Origin: Clostridia bacterium
GTDB lineage: Bacteria; Bacillota; Clostridia; Christensenellales; Aristaeellaceae
Direction: 5' to 3'
DNA: 64,000 nt
Assembly: GCA_017541205.1 (NCBI GenBank)
Contig: JAFXZO010000082.1
Location: 3,248-67,247, forward strand
Position 1 is the first letter of the stretch. Each line of letters begins with the position of its first letter. Below are positions 30,076 through 39,891 of this stretch, one piece after another. Both the position numbers and the translations under genes were made by a program. The notes beneath the pieces were generated by a model, which was not told the origin of the DNA, made no database searches, and saw nothing but the letters and a program-made list of their open reading frames with translations.

Positions 30076-30870
30076 TTAAGCGTCCGCGGGGATCCTGTTC
30101 ATTTCGTCCGTGATCGCGGCGGGCTTGGCCGTCATTTCCACCCACGCCGGAATAAAGCCGCTCTTTACGGCGTTGCGGACGGAGCGGATGTTCGACCAGG
30201 CCGAGCAGTAAAACGGCACTTTTTGGCGCGCGAGGATTTCCCGGGCCAGGCGGCTGGTGAGCGCGGAGGCAATGCCGCGCCGCCTGTATTCCGGCAGCAC
30301 GTCCACGCCGATCTGCCACATGTCCCCGCAGTCCGCCGAGCACGCCGCCAGGCCGATCAGCCCGCCCTGCCAGTAGGCGCCTATGCCCAGCACGTCCAGC
30401 TGCCTGCGCTTTTCGCACAGGGCGTTGCTCCACTGCGGAAGGTACAGCCCCTGAAAATCCTCGGGGCCCAAAATGCGCGTTTCGTATCCGACCGTCAGCT
30501 CCGGGAGGCCGTTCACATCCGGCAGATAGTATTCCGCCATGAAGCAGATCTTGTGGCCCCGGGCCATGAGCCGCTCATTCAGCCAGTGCATGTTGGGCGT
30601 TTCAAAGCAATGGTAGAACGTGTACCGCCCAAGGTATTCCTCCACGAGCTCCCGGACCTCCTCCGACGCGGCCGCCACGATATTATTGCCATAGGAAACA
30701 AGATTGCAGGTGATGGGCAGCTCCAGATATTTCCGCGCGCCCGCGCCAAGATGAAAAGGGACCACCCTGTTTTGGCCCGCGAGGAAATCCTCCCCCCGGC
30801 AGCCCATATCCTCGGCGGACTGCGCCATGGCGATCCGCAGCATTTCCTGATTCGTCACCGCTTTTTTCAC
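30076..30870 (-). CDS. GNAT-family N-acetyltransferase
   Basis: C-terminal acetyl-CoA-binding pattern (..VLPEYRRRGIASALTSRLAREIL..). Start uncertain: GTG at 30870 has no clear RBS. Confidence 0.7.
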   Translation of the reverse strand: MKKAVTNQEMLRIAMAQSAEDMGCRGEDFLAGQNRVVPFHLGAGARKYLELPITCNLVSYGNNIVAAASEEVRELVEEYLGRYTFYHCFETPNMHWLNERLMARGHKICFMAEYYLPDVNGLPELTVGYETRILGPEDFQGLYLPQWSNALCEKRRQLDVLGIGAYWQGGLIGLAACSADCGDMWQIGVDVLPEYRRRGIASALTSRLAREILARQKVPFYCSAWSNIRSVRNAVKSGFIPAWVEMTAKPAAITDEMNRIPADA

Positions 30871-31013
30871 CTCAAAATCTTTTTCAAATTTATGCAGCCA
30901 TGCATAGTATACGCACCTTTGGGCGGGATGTAAAGCGGGCGAGCAGGACCTTTCCCCGGAAAACGAACGCCAAACAGCGAATGAGGTTCACGCTCATCAA
31001 AACAAATTCCATC

Positions 31014-31182
31014 GCGCGAAGCGCATATCACGCCCCGAAGGGGCATATCGAACGCGTCAGCGTATATCGAAACGCTTTAGCGTTATATCGAAATGATGAT
31101 GCGCTTCGCGCTCGATATGGCTTCGCCTCGATATCCCCTTACGGGGTCGAGATACGCTTCGCGTACGATATGCGCTTCGCGC
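31014..31182. repeat. Hairpin-array palindromic repeat element, copy 1 (nine mini-hairpin units)
   Basis: Left arm: GCGCgaaGCGC, CCCCgaaGGGG, ACGCgtcaGCGT and ACGCtttaGCGT, each followed by (A)TATCGA. Centre: AAATGATGAT. Right arm: GCGCttcGCGC, GGCttcGCC, CCCCttacGGGG, ACGCttcGCGT and GCGCttcGCGC, separated by TCGATAT-type spacers. Confidence 0.8.
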
Positions 31183-31296
31183 GAGTGAGAAAGAGAAAGC
31201 GCATGAGAACGGAGGGCAAAAAAGTCAAATTGGGCGTTCTTTGGCCGGAACGCCCTGTTTTTGCGCGAAAAATTTGTCAAAATACGAGAAAACTTT

Positions 31297-31325
31297 TTGA
31301 CAGCGTGTTGTATATATGATATAAT
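31297..31325 (+). promoter_or_regulatory. Consensus extended -10 sigma-A promoter of the Opp-like operon
   Basis: TTGACA (31297-31302), 17 nt ending in TGa, TATAAT (31320-31325). Confidence 0.55.
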
Positions 31326-31376
31326 GATACAACCCGTTAAAAACGTGGGAAGAAAAAGATAGGAGGAAACCATTTC

Positions 31377-33833
31377 ATGAAAAAGGCTGTATCCCTGCTG
31401 CTGATCCTGGCGCTGATGCTGGGCTGCGTATCCGCCCTGGCTGAAAACGCGCAGGCGCCCGCGACTTATACGTATCATTCGTATGCGAGTTCTCTGGGCA
31501 ACAACTGGAACCCCCATACCTGGGAAACCAGCGGTGACAGCGACATCCTGGACTATCTGAGCACCCCCCTGGCCACCATGCAGGTGAAGGATTCCGAGAA
31601 CGGCATCTATCAGTGGATCTTTGAAGCCGCCACCGAGATCAACGATGTGACCGCCGAACATCAGGACGACCTGACCACCTATCAGTGCACGCTGCCCGAA
31701 GGCAAGACCGCCGCGGACATTACCGAGAGCTACGTATACGAGATCAAGCTGAATCCCGAAATGCGCTGGGAAAACGGCACGCCCATCAATGCCGATACCT
31801 ACATCTATTCCATGCGCGTGATGCTGGATCCCGCCATGAAGAACTACCGCGCCAACCTGTACTACGCGGGTGAATCCGCCGTGGCCGGCGGCGAGCGGTA
31901 CTACTATGCCGGTTCCACCGCTTACCTGGACAACGGCGCGAACGCCGCCTACACCGTGGCTGACCTGGTGAAGGACGACGAAGGCAACTACAACACCGCC
32001 GACGGCGCGCAGGTTTATGTCACCCTGAAGGACAACCTGGCCTGGCTGGGCGGCAGCAACTGCCTGGCGGACTATGCGGAAGCCTACGGCGCCAAGTACT
32101 TTGGCATGGAAGATTACGATAAGCTGGCCGCCAAGGCGGACGAAAACGGCCATATCCGCCTGAACGACGAATCCCTGGCTGAAATCATCGGCGTCATCAC
32201 CGCCGTGGCCGACTGGGGCGAATCCGACGCGGAAGCCATCAACTACCTGGTTTATACCAAGGAATATCCCGTTGTGGAATATGACGGCGTGGTCGGCTGC
32301 TACAAGGTGGACGATTACACCATCCGCTATGTGTGCCAGACCGCTCTGGACCGCAACTACTTCCTGACCAGCTGCACCAGCAACTGGCTGGTGTACGAAG
32401 ACCTGTACGAAGCGGGCAAGGACACCACCGGCTCCCTGGTGACCACCAACTACGGCACCTCGATCGAAACCACCATGTCCTACGGCGCTTACAAGCTGGC
32501 CTCCCTGCAGAAGGATAAGCAGATCGTTTTCGTGCAGAACGAACAGTGGTACGGCTTTGAAAAGCAGGAAGACGGCTCTCTGCTCTCCATCACCCCCTAT
32601 GAGGTGGACGGCGAACATATCCAGCGCTACCAGACCACTTCCGTCGTGATCGACGTGATGGACAACGCCGCCGCCAAGCAGGCCTTCCTCAAGGGCGACC
32701 TGAGCGTGTGGAGCCCCGACGCCGACGACCTGGTGACCTATTCCACCTCCGAACAGCTCTACAAGGTTGACGAAACCTACACCCAGTCCTTCTTCTTCAA
32801 CTGCGGCCTGGACAACCTCAAGGTCATGGACGAGAGCAAGGGCAACCAGAATTCCGTGGTCCTGTCCAACCTGAACTTCCGCAAGGCCATGAGCCTGGCC
32901 ATCGACCGTCAGGAATACGTGTCCGCCACCGAAGGCTTCAAGCCCGCGTATTCTCTGCTCAACAGCCTGTACTACTACGATGTGTACAATGATCCCACTT
33001 CCTCCTACCGCAACAGCGACGAAGCCATGACCGCCATCGTGAACCTGTACGAAGTGCAGTACGGCGAAGGCACCCCCTATGCCACCCTGAAGGACGCCTA
33101 TCAGTCCATCAACGGCTACAACCTGACCGAAGCGCAGCTGCTCTTCACCAAGGCCTGCGAAGAACTGGTTGCCGCTGGCCTGTACACCGCCGGCGATCCC
33201 ATCCACATCCGCATCGGCTATAAGAAGGGCGCTTTGGACTCCAGCGACAACAAGGTTGTCGAAATCATCAACAAGCAGCTGAACGCCGCGCTGGAAGGCA
33301 CCGGCTTTGGCAAGCTCGAACTGGAAGCCATCGGCAACATCAACGACCGCTACGGCGACACCGCCAAGGGCGAATACGCCATCGGCTACGGCGCTTGGGG
33401 CGGCGCTGCGTTCTATCCCTTCCGCAACTTCCAGGTCTACTGCGATCCCGATCAGTACAGCATCCATGAAGCGGGCTGCTGGGATCCCAAGAGCGAAACC
33501 CTCACCCTGAAGGTGAACGGTGAAGAAGTCACCATGACCTGGCAGCTGTGGTCCCAGTCCATGGTTGGCACCGGCCCCTATGCGGACGCCGATTTCGCCA
33601 CCAAGCTGAGCATCCTCAGCCAGATGGAAGAGCAGTACCTCAAGAAGTACTACCGTATCCCCCTGGCCGGCACCACCGCCTGCACCATGCTGGCTTACCA
33701 GCTGAACTACTACACCGAAGACTATAACATCATGTATGGCTTCGGCGGCCTGGAACTGATCAATTACAACTACAACGACGCCGAGTGGACCGCTTTCGTG
33801 GCTGAACAGGGCGGCGAACTGAGCTACGAGTAA
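31377..33833 (+). CDS. Large (818 aa) family-5 (peptide/oligosaccharide-type) ABC substrate-binding lipoprotein
   Basis: AGGAGG RBS and lipobox LMLGC. The sequence is Asp/Tyr/Asn-rich and resembles Opp/Dpp-type binding proteins but is ~250 aa longer than usual. Confidence 0.8.
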   Translation: MKKAVSLLLILALMLGCVSALAENAQAPATYTYHSYASSLGNNWNPHTWETSGDSDILDYLSTPLATMQVKDSENGIYQWIFEAATEINDVTAEHQDDLTTYQCTLPEGKTAADITESYVYEIKLNPEMRWENGTPINADTYIYSMRVMLDPAMKNYRANLYYAGESAVAGGERYYYAGSTAYLDNGANAAYTVADLVKDDEGNYNTADGAQVYVTLKDNLAWLGGSNCLADYAEAYGAKYFGMEDYDKLAAKADENGHIRLNDESLAEIIGVITAVADWGESDAEAINYLVYTKEYPVVEYDGVVGCYKVDDYTIRYVCQTALDRNYFLTSCTSNWLVYEDLYEAGKDTTGSLVTTNYGTSIETTMSYGAYKLASLQKDKQIVFVQNEQWYGFEKQEDGSLLSITPYEVDGEHIQRYQTTSVVIDVMDNAAAKQAFLKGDLSVWSPDADDLVTYSTSEQLYKVDETYTQSFFFNCGLDNLKVMDESKGNQNSVVLSNLNFRKAMSLAIDRQEYVSATEGFKPAYSLLNSLYYYDVYNDPTSSYRNSDEAMTAIVNLYEVQYGEGTPYATLKDAYQSINGYNLTEAQLLFTKACEELVAAGLYTAGDPIHIRIGYKKGALDSSDNKVVEIINKQLNAALEGTGFGKLELEAIGNINDRYGDTAKGEYAIGYGAWGGAAFYPFRNFQVYCDPDQYSIHEAGCWDPKSETLTLKVNGEEVTMTWQLWSQSMVGTGPYADADFATKLSILSQMEEQYLKKYYRIPLAGTTACTMLAYQLNYYTEDYNIMYGFGGLELINYNYNDAEWTAFVAEQGGELSYE

Positions 33834-33994
33834 TGCCAAAAAGCAAGCCCGCGGCTTTGGAGCCTTGAAGGCCCCGGCCGCCGGGCCTTATGCCGCGGCA
33901 TGACCGAAGTTACCCTTGGACGAGGGGACGGGAGGATTTCCTCCCGCCCCTCGAATTTTCCGTATGACGGCTGGGCGAAGGAGTCGATTGGAAC

Positions 33995-34954
33995 ATGGGC
34001 AAATATGTACTGAAGCGCGTGCTGCTGATGCTGCTCACATTCTTCATCATCACCACGATGGAATTTGTGCTGATCCGCATGCTGCCGCGTGAGCTGCCAC
34101 AGGACAAGGTGCAGGCAGCTGCCATCGCATCCCGCTGGGAGGCGCTGGGCTACAATCAGCCGCTGCTTGTGCAGTATGGCATTTATCTCAGAAACATCGT
34201 GACCAGTTGGGATTTCGGTACGTCCTGGTATATCGAATTTCGCGAGCCGGCCTGGAACGTGCTGACCAAGCGGCTGCTCCCAACGATCCTGGTGAATCTG
34301 TATTCGCTCGTGTTCTCGATCCCGCTGGGGATCGGGCTTGGCATATACGCCGCCATCCGGAAAAACAAATGGCAGGACCAGGTCATTTCCGTCATGGTCA
34401 TGCTGTTTGTTTCCATTCCGTCGTACGTGTACGCTTTCCTGGTGCAATATTTCTTCTATTTCAAATGGGGCCTGCTGCCGCTGCAGGTCTATTCGCTCGC
34501 GGACGCAGGCAATTCCTGGGTCAGCAGCAAAATGTTCGTATCCATGATCGCGCCGGTATTGGCCCTGTCCTTTGGCGAAATCGCCGGGCTGTGCCGTTTT
34601 ACCCGCGCGGAGCTGACGGAGACGCTGACCTCCGATTACATGCTCCTGGCCCGCACCAAGGGCCTCACCAAAGCCCAGGCGACCGTGCGCCACGCGCTCA
34701 AAAACGCCATGGTGCCCATCCTGCCCATGCTGATTTCCAGCTTCATCGGGATCCTGGGCGGCTCCTTCATCATCGAGCAGATTTTCTCCATCCCCGGCGT
34801 CGGGCAATTGTATCTGCGCTCCATTAACCTCTTTGACTACGATGTGTTCATGATGGATGGCGTGTTCTATACGTTCATCAACCTGCTGGCAGGCATCATG
34901 GTGGACATCAGCTACGGATTCATTGATCCGCGGATCAGAATGGGGGAGAGATAA
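33995..34954 (+). CDS. ABC transporter permease (OppB/DppB-like)
   Basis: 319 aa starting MGKYVLKRVLLMLLTFFII.., with a typical OppB N-terminus and permease loop. Confidence 0.85.
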   Translation: MGKYVLKRVLLMLLTFFIITTMEFVLIRMLPRELPQDKVQAAAIASRWEALGYNQPLLVQYGIYLRNIVTSWDFGTSWYIEFREPAWNVLTKRLLPTILVNLYSLVFSIPLGIGLGIYAAIRKNKWQDQVISVMVMLFVSIPSYVYAFLVQYFFYFKWGLLPLQVYSLADAGNSWVSSKMFVSMIAPVLALSFGEIAGLCRFTRAELTETLTSDYMLLARTKGLTKAQATVRHALKNAMVPILPMLISSFIGILGGSFIIEQIFSIPGVGQLYLRSINLFDYDVFMMDGVFYTFINLLAGIMVDISYGFIDPRIRMGER

Positions 34955-34955
34955 T

Positions 34956-36533
34956 ATGGCGAAAGAAGTGTTTGATTCCATGAATCTCTCCAGGGAAAGC
35001 TTCACCTTCGTGCATGAGGGCGAGCGTATTACCGATAAAATTTTTGAAGATAAGCCGGTCAGCTACATGAAGGACGCCTGGCGTCGGTTCTGCAAGAACA
35101 AGGCCAGCGTCGCGGCTGCCGTCATCATTATATGCATCGTGCTCTATGCCTTCGTCGTTCCTATGGTCAGCCCTCTGAACAGCCGCTTCATGGACAGCTA
35201 TTATTCCAAGAAGGCCCCCCGGAGCGAGCTGCTCCGCCCCATCGGCATCCTGGACGGCGGCGTGGACCGCGCGTTCAGCGAAAAGGGCCTGGTGCGCGCC
35301 GTGGGCATCGGCGTGGGCGCCGTGGACTGGGAGGGCAAGGGCACGGTCTCCGTTGCCGAATCCCTCGATTCCAAGTATCAGCCCATGATGAGCATCAGCG
35401 ATCCGGTGGAAAAGCTGAACGCCAAAAAAGAAGTGACCCGCTCGTACACCGGCCATATCGACGTGTATCTGGAAGTCGGGTTCATGTACCAGTCCGTTTC
35501 CCAGAAGGAATATGAGCGCATCCGGGCGTTTGAACAGGAAAGCGGCCTGCACGTGCTCTACCCCCTGGTGGAGGACAACCAGTGGAACGTGGACGCCACC
35601 GACGCCAACAACTGGTTCAAGACCAAGAAAAACACCCCCGTCCGCATCAATGAAAACGGCAAGGCCGTGGCCATGGATTACGGCCCGGATCTGGTGCTGG
35701 AGGACAACTATAAGCGCGACGCCGAAGGCAACCCCATCTACTACGAGTTTACCGGCGGCGGCAACCTGGAAACCGCGCAGTACAAGGTGCGCGTGCTGTA
35801 TTACAACTATTACGTATACAAAAACGGCTTTGAGCCGTACTACCTCTTCGGAACGGACAGCCAGGGCTATGACCTGGCGCTGCGCCTGGCCGGCGGTATC
35901 AAGCTGAGCCTGCTGGTCGCCGTGTGCGTATCGATCATCAACTTCACCATCGGCGCGCTCTACGGCGCGGTGGAAGGCTATTACGGCAGCTGGGTGGATA
36001 TGCTCATGGATCGCATCAGCGAGGTATTGGGCGGCATGCCGTTCATTGTGGTGGCAACGCTGTTCCAGATCCACTTTGCCAACCAGGTCGGCCCGGTGGT
36101 GAGCCTTTTGTTCGCCTTCGTTCTGACCGGCTGGCTTGGCACGGCGTACCGCGTGCGTACCCAGTTCTACCGCTTCAAGAACCAGGAATACGTGCTGGCC
36201 GCCCGCACCCTGGGCGCCCGCGATCGGCGCATCATCTGGCGCCATATTTTCCCCAACTCCCTCGGCACCATCATCACCTCCAGCGCCCTGGTCATCCCGG
36301 GCGTGATCTCCAGCGAGAGCATGCTGTCCTTCCTGGGCATCATCAAGCTGGGCAGCGCCGGCGTCACCTCCCTGGGCACTTTGCTTGCCGATTCCTCCTC
36401 GATCTGGACCAATTATCCCCATCTGATGATCTGCCCGGCCATCGTGCTTTCGCTGCTGATGATCTGCTTCAACTTGTTCGGCAACGGGCTTCGGGACGCG
36501 TTCAACCCGTCGCTCCGCGGTGTGGAGGATTAA
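34956..36533 (+). CDS. ABC transporter permease (OppC/DppC-like) with a ~250-aa extracytoplasmic insertion after TM1
   Basis: The start was moved to MAKEVFDSMN (ATG 34956). TM1 is followed by a long soluble segment, then the OppC core (..ARTLGARDRRIIWRHIFPN..). Confidence 0.85.
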   Translation: MAKEVFDSMNLSRESFTFVHEGERITDKIFEDKPVSYMKDAWRRFCKNKASVAAAVIIICIVLYAFVVPMVSPLNSRFMDSYYSKKAPRSELLRPIGILDGGVDRAFSEKGLVRAVGIGVGAVDWEGKGTVSVAESLDSKYQPMMSISDPVEKLNAKKEVTRSYTGHIDVYLEVGFMYQSVSQKEYERIRAFEQESGLHVLYPLVEDNQWNVDATDANNWFKTKKNTPVRINENGKAVAMDYGPDLVLEDNYKRDAEGNPIYYEFTGGGNLETAQYKVRVLYYNYYVYKNGFEPYYLFGTDSQGYDLALRLAGGIKLSLLVAVCVSIINFTIGALYGAVEGYYGSWVDMLMDRISEVLGGMPFIVVATLFQIHFANQVGPVVSLLFAFVLTGWLGTAYRVRTQFYRFKNQEYVLAARTLGARDRRIIWRHIFPNSLGTIITSSALVIPGVISSESMLSFLGIIKLGSAGVTSLGTLLADSSSIWTNYPHLMICPAIVLSLLMICFNLFGNGLRDAFNPSLRGVED

Positions 36534-36536
36534 AAG

Positions 36537-38708
36537 ATGGATACGATATTGGAAGTTAAACATTTGAAAGTCGCATTCCGCACCACGGGCGGCACGCTCA
36601 AAGCTGTCCGGGATATTTCCTTTGACCTGAAAAAAGGCAAAACGCTGGCCATCGTGGGCGAATCCGGCAGCGGCAAATCCGTTACCTCCCGCGCCATCAT
36701 GGGCATCCTGGCGGGCAACGCCATCGTGGAGGGCGGCGAGATCTTCTTCGACGGCAAGGATCTGATGCACATTTCCGAAAACGAAATGCAGAAGATCCGC
36801 GGCGACAAGATCTCCATGATCTTCCAGGATCCCCTTTCCTCCCTGAACCCCATCGTCCAGATCGGCCCCCAGATCACGGAAGCCACGCTGCTCAAAAACC
36901 GCACCAGCCGCCACGAAGCCAAGCGGGAATTCAACAGCATGCTTTCCGAGCTGAAATCCAACATGAAGGCGGCCGCCCCGGCGGAGGATCAGGCGAAGAT
37001 CGACCAGGCGGTGGACGAATTGAACCGCTTTATCAGCGAAGCCACCAGGATGGAAAGCAAATTCAACGCGTCCATGGAAAACGTCCAGGCCGCCGCGATC
37101 GCCATCGACGATATCAAGTACCGGGTCGGCAAAGCCCCGGTGGACCTCAAATCCTCGCTGCACAAGGTAACGGAAAAATTAAAGCGGGTCAACGATCCCT
37201 TCGCCATCGGCAAGAACCAGACGGCGCTGGACGAATGCCGCCAGACGCTTGACAGGCTCGCGCAGACCGGGGAAAAGCTGGGCGAGGGCAAGGACGTGGC
37301 CCTGCCGGAAAAAACCGAGGCCGCCCTGGACAGCGCGAGCGCCCTGCTGCGCGGCATCCTCAATGAAGAGCGGCCCGATTTCGTCGCCATCAGCTATTAT
37401 TTGCAGCATCATCCCCATGAACAGCTTTCCCAGCTTCCCGTGCAGCAGCTGAACGCGGAAACGGAGCAGGCCCTGGACGCCGGGTTTATGCAGTCCTTCT
37501 ACGAAAAGATGGAAAAGGGCGTTGCCTATTCCGAGAACAAAGCGCTGGAAAACAAGCGAAAGATCCTGCCCAAGCTGAAGGCCGAAATGGAATACTACCG
37601 GGGCGAATTCACCCACCGGGACGCCCTGCGCCGCAGCAGGGAGCTTTCCAAAGACGTCAAGGGCTGCATCGACCGCCTGGAAGTGAATAAGGATAACGCC
37701 GCCTATGCCTTTGACAGCAGCATGACCGGCGCGATCAACCGCTTCTTTTATGTGAAGGCCCATAACCCCAAGGAGGAAGCCCGCTTTGCCCGCCAGTCCG
37801 CGCGGCGCAGCAGGCTGATCGCCCGCGGCAAGAACGTTACCTGGAAGGTCGTGCCCAAGAACGTGTACGATCTGGAGGACCTGCGCGGCAACATTACCAA
37901 CATCGTCAGCCGCCTGGACGAGCACTTTACCGAAAGCGTGAACAGCGAAAGCCGGGCCGATCTGCACGCCCGGTGCCTGAACATCATGGATTACCTGAAA
38001 AAGCGGGCCTCCCAGATGGTGGCGCGCGTCACCAAGACCATGGCCCGCGAGCGCGCGCTGCAATTGATGGAAGAGGTCGGCATCAACAACCCGCGCGAGC
38101 GCTTCAACCAGTATCCCTTTGAATTCTCCGGCGGCATGCGGCAGCGCATCGTCATCGCCATCGCCCTGGCGGCGGACCCGGATATCCTGATCTGCGACGA
38201 GCCCACCACCGCCCTGGACGTGACCATCCAGGCGCAGATCCTGGAGCTTATCAACAAGCTCAAGGCGGAGCGCAACCTATCCATTATCTTTATCACGCAC
38301 GATTTGGGCGTCGTCGCCAACATGGCGGACGATATCGCCGTCATGTACGCCGGCAAGATCGTGGAATATGGCACGGCGGAAGAAGTGTTCTACGCGCCCG
38401 CGCACCCCTACACCTGGGCCCTGCTGGCCTCCATGCCCGATCTGGAAACCAAGGAAAAGCTCGAAGCCATCCCCGGCACGCCGCCCAACATGATCTATCC
38501 GCCCAAGGGCGACGCCTTTGCCGACCGCAACCGCTACGCCATGCAGATCGATTTCGAGCAGCAGCCCCCCGAATTCCCCGTCAGCGATACGCACTGGGCC
38601 GCCACGTGGCTTTTGCACCCCTACGCGCCCAAGAGCGAGCCGCCCAAGGCCGTCACCGAGCGTATCGCCAAAATGAAAGCAAGACTGGAGGAGCAAGCTC
38701 ATGCCTAA
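36537..38708 (+). CDS. OppD-like ABC ATPase (723 aa) with a ~390-aa insertion inside the nucleotide-binding domain
   Basis: Walker A GESGSGKS and Q-loop MIFQDP near the N-terminus. Signature FSGGMRQR and Walker B LICDEP appear only after about aa 510. An oligopeptide-type C-terminal extension is present. Confidence 0.85.
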   Translation: MDTILEVKHLKVAFRTTGGTLKAVRDISFDLKKGKTLAIVGESGSGKSVTSRAIMGILAGNAIVEGGEIFFDGKDLMHISENEMQKIRGDKISMIFQDPLSSLNPIVQIGPQITEATLLKNRTSRHEAKREFNSMLSELKSNMKAAAPAEDQAKIDQAVDELNRFISEATRMESKFNASMENVQAAAIAIDDIKYRVGKAPVDLKSSLHKVTEKLKRVNDPFAIGKNQTALDECRQTLDRLAQTGEKLGEGKDVALPEKTEAALDSASALLRGILNEERPDFVAISYYLQHHPHEQLSQLPVQQLNAETEQALDAGFMQSFYEKMEKGVAYSENKALENKRKILPKLKAEMEYYRGEFTHRDALRRSRELSKDVKGCIDRLEVNKDNAAYAFDSSMTGAINRFFYVKAHNPKEEARFARQSARRSRLIARGKNVTWKVVPKNVYDLEDLRGNITNIVSRLDEHFTESVNSESRADLHARCLNIMDYLKKRASQMVARVTKTMARERALQLMEEVGINNPRERFNQYPFEFSGGMRQRIVIAIALAADPDILICDEPTTALDVTIQAQILELINKLKAERNLSIIFITHDLGVVANMADDIAVMYAGKIVEYGTAEEVFYAPAHPYTWALLASMPDLETKEKLEAIPGTPPNMIYPPKGDAFADRNRYAMQIDFEQQPPEFPVSDTHWAATWLLHPYAPKSEPPKAVTERIAKMKARLEEQAHA

Positions 38709-39891
38709 TCAGAATGAAGAAGTGCTGCTAAGGGTTGAGCATCTTTGCCAGTACTTTAAGAGCACCAAAGCCGTGGACGATATCAGCTTCGATATCAAGA
38801 AGGGCGAGGTCTTCGGCCTGGTGGGCGAAAGCGGCTGCGGCAAAACCACCACGGGCCGCTCCATCATCAAGCTCTACGATATCACCTCCGGCAACATCTA
38901 TTTCAAGGGCAAGCGCATCGCCGCCGGCACCCTGTCCTATAAGGAGGCCATCAAGAAAGCGCGCGAGGAAATGAAATCGGCTTCGCCGGACCGCCAGGCC
39001 GAGCTCAAAGGGCTGATCGACGAGCAGCGCCAATTGATGAAGGAAGCCAAGCACGATCACAAGCACTGCGATCAAATGTACGCGGATGAGATCGCCAAGG
39101 AAGTCGCGGCCAAATATGAACCGCTGCTTGCCGCCGCCCCGGATGCGGAAAAGCCGGAGCTGAAAAAGCGCTACCTGGACGAAATGCGCGTGGCGAAAAA
39201 ACAGCGCTTCATCACCCAGATCCAAATGATCTTCCAGGATCCCATCGCCTCCCTGGACCCCCGCAAAACCGTGTATGAAACCATTGCGGAGGGCCTGGTG
39301 ATCCGCGGCGAAAAAGACAAAAAGGTGATCGACGATAAGGTGTATTCCGTGCTGGAGACCGTGGGCCTGGTGCGCGAGCACGCGAGCCGCTATCCGCACG
39401 AGTTTTCCGGCGGCCAGCGCCAGCGCATCGGCGTGGCGCGCGCGGTGGTCATGAACCCTGAAATGATCATCGCGGACGAGCCCGTGTCCGCCCTGGACGT
39501 GTCCATTCAGGCCCAGGTCATTAACCTGCTCAACGACCTAAGGCATCAATTGGGCCTGACCATCCTGTTCATCGCGCATGACCTTTCCGTGGTCAAGTAT
39601 TTCTCCGACCGCATCGGCGTGATGTATTACGGAAAAATGGTGGAATTGGCGACGTCGGACGAATTGTTCGCGCATCCTTTGCACCCCTACACCCAGTCGC
39701 TGCTCTCCGCCATTCCGCTGCCTGATCCGCTCTATGAACGGCAGCGCGTGCGCATCAAGTACGATCCCCTGTCCGCCCATGATTATTCCGAGGAAAAGCC
39801 CACGCTGCGGGAGATCGCGCCCGGCCATTTCGTCAGCTGCAACACCCGGGAATATGAAGCCTATCTGGCCCAAATGAAAGCAAAGCCATGA
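38701..39891 (+). CDS. OppF-like ABC ATPase (396 aa) with a ~95-aa insertion between Walker A and the Q-loop
   Basis: GESGCGKTT ... (charged insertion) ... MIFQDP, FSGGQRQR, IIADEP. 8-nt overlap with the upstream gene. Confidence 0.85.
   Translation: MPNQNEEVLLRVEHLCQYFKSTKAVDDISFDIKKGEVFGLVGESGCGKTTTGRSIIKLYDITSGNIYFKGKRIAAGTLSYKEAIKKAREEMKSASPDRQAELKGLIDEQRQLMKEAKHDHKHCDQMYADEIAKEVAAKYEPLLAAAPDAEKPELKKRYLDEMRVAKKQRFITQIQMIFQDPIASLDPRKTVYETIAEGLVIRGEKDKKVIDDKVYSVLETVGLVREHASRYPHEFSGGQRQRIGVARAVVMNPEMIIADEPVSALDVSIQAQVINLLNDLRHQLGLTILFIAHDLSVVKYFSDRIGVMYYGKMVELATSDELFAHPLHPYTQSLLSAIPLPDPLYERQRVRIKYDPLSAHDYSEEKPTLREIAPGHFVSCNTREYEAYLAQMKAKP

Noticed and set aside
30900-31319. 139-aa ORF across repeat copy 1, and the 5' part (to ~49410) of track ORF 49272-50060 across repeat copy 2
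   Set aside because: The translations just mirror the periodic hairpin/ATATCGA units (..RSAYHAPKGHIERVSVYRNALALYRN..). There is no RBS, and the ORF across copy 2 runs antisense into a real gene.
31083-33839. 918-aa minus-strand ORF
   Set aside because: It is antisense to the 818-aa binding-lipoprotein gene, which has an RBS, a lipobox and a consensus promoter. It is a shadow ORF.
34935-37163. 742-aa minus-strand ORF
   Set aside because: It is antisense to the OppC-like and OppD-like genes. The composition is low-complexity and Gly/Ala/His/Asp-rich.
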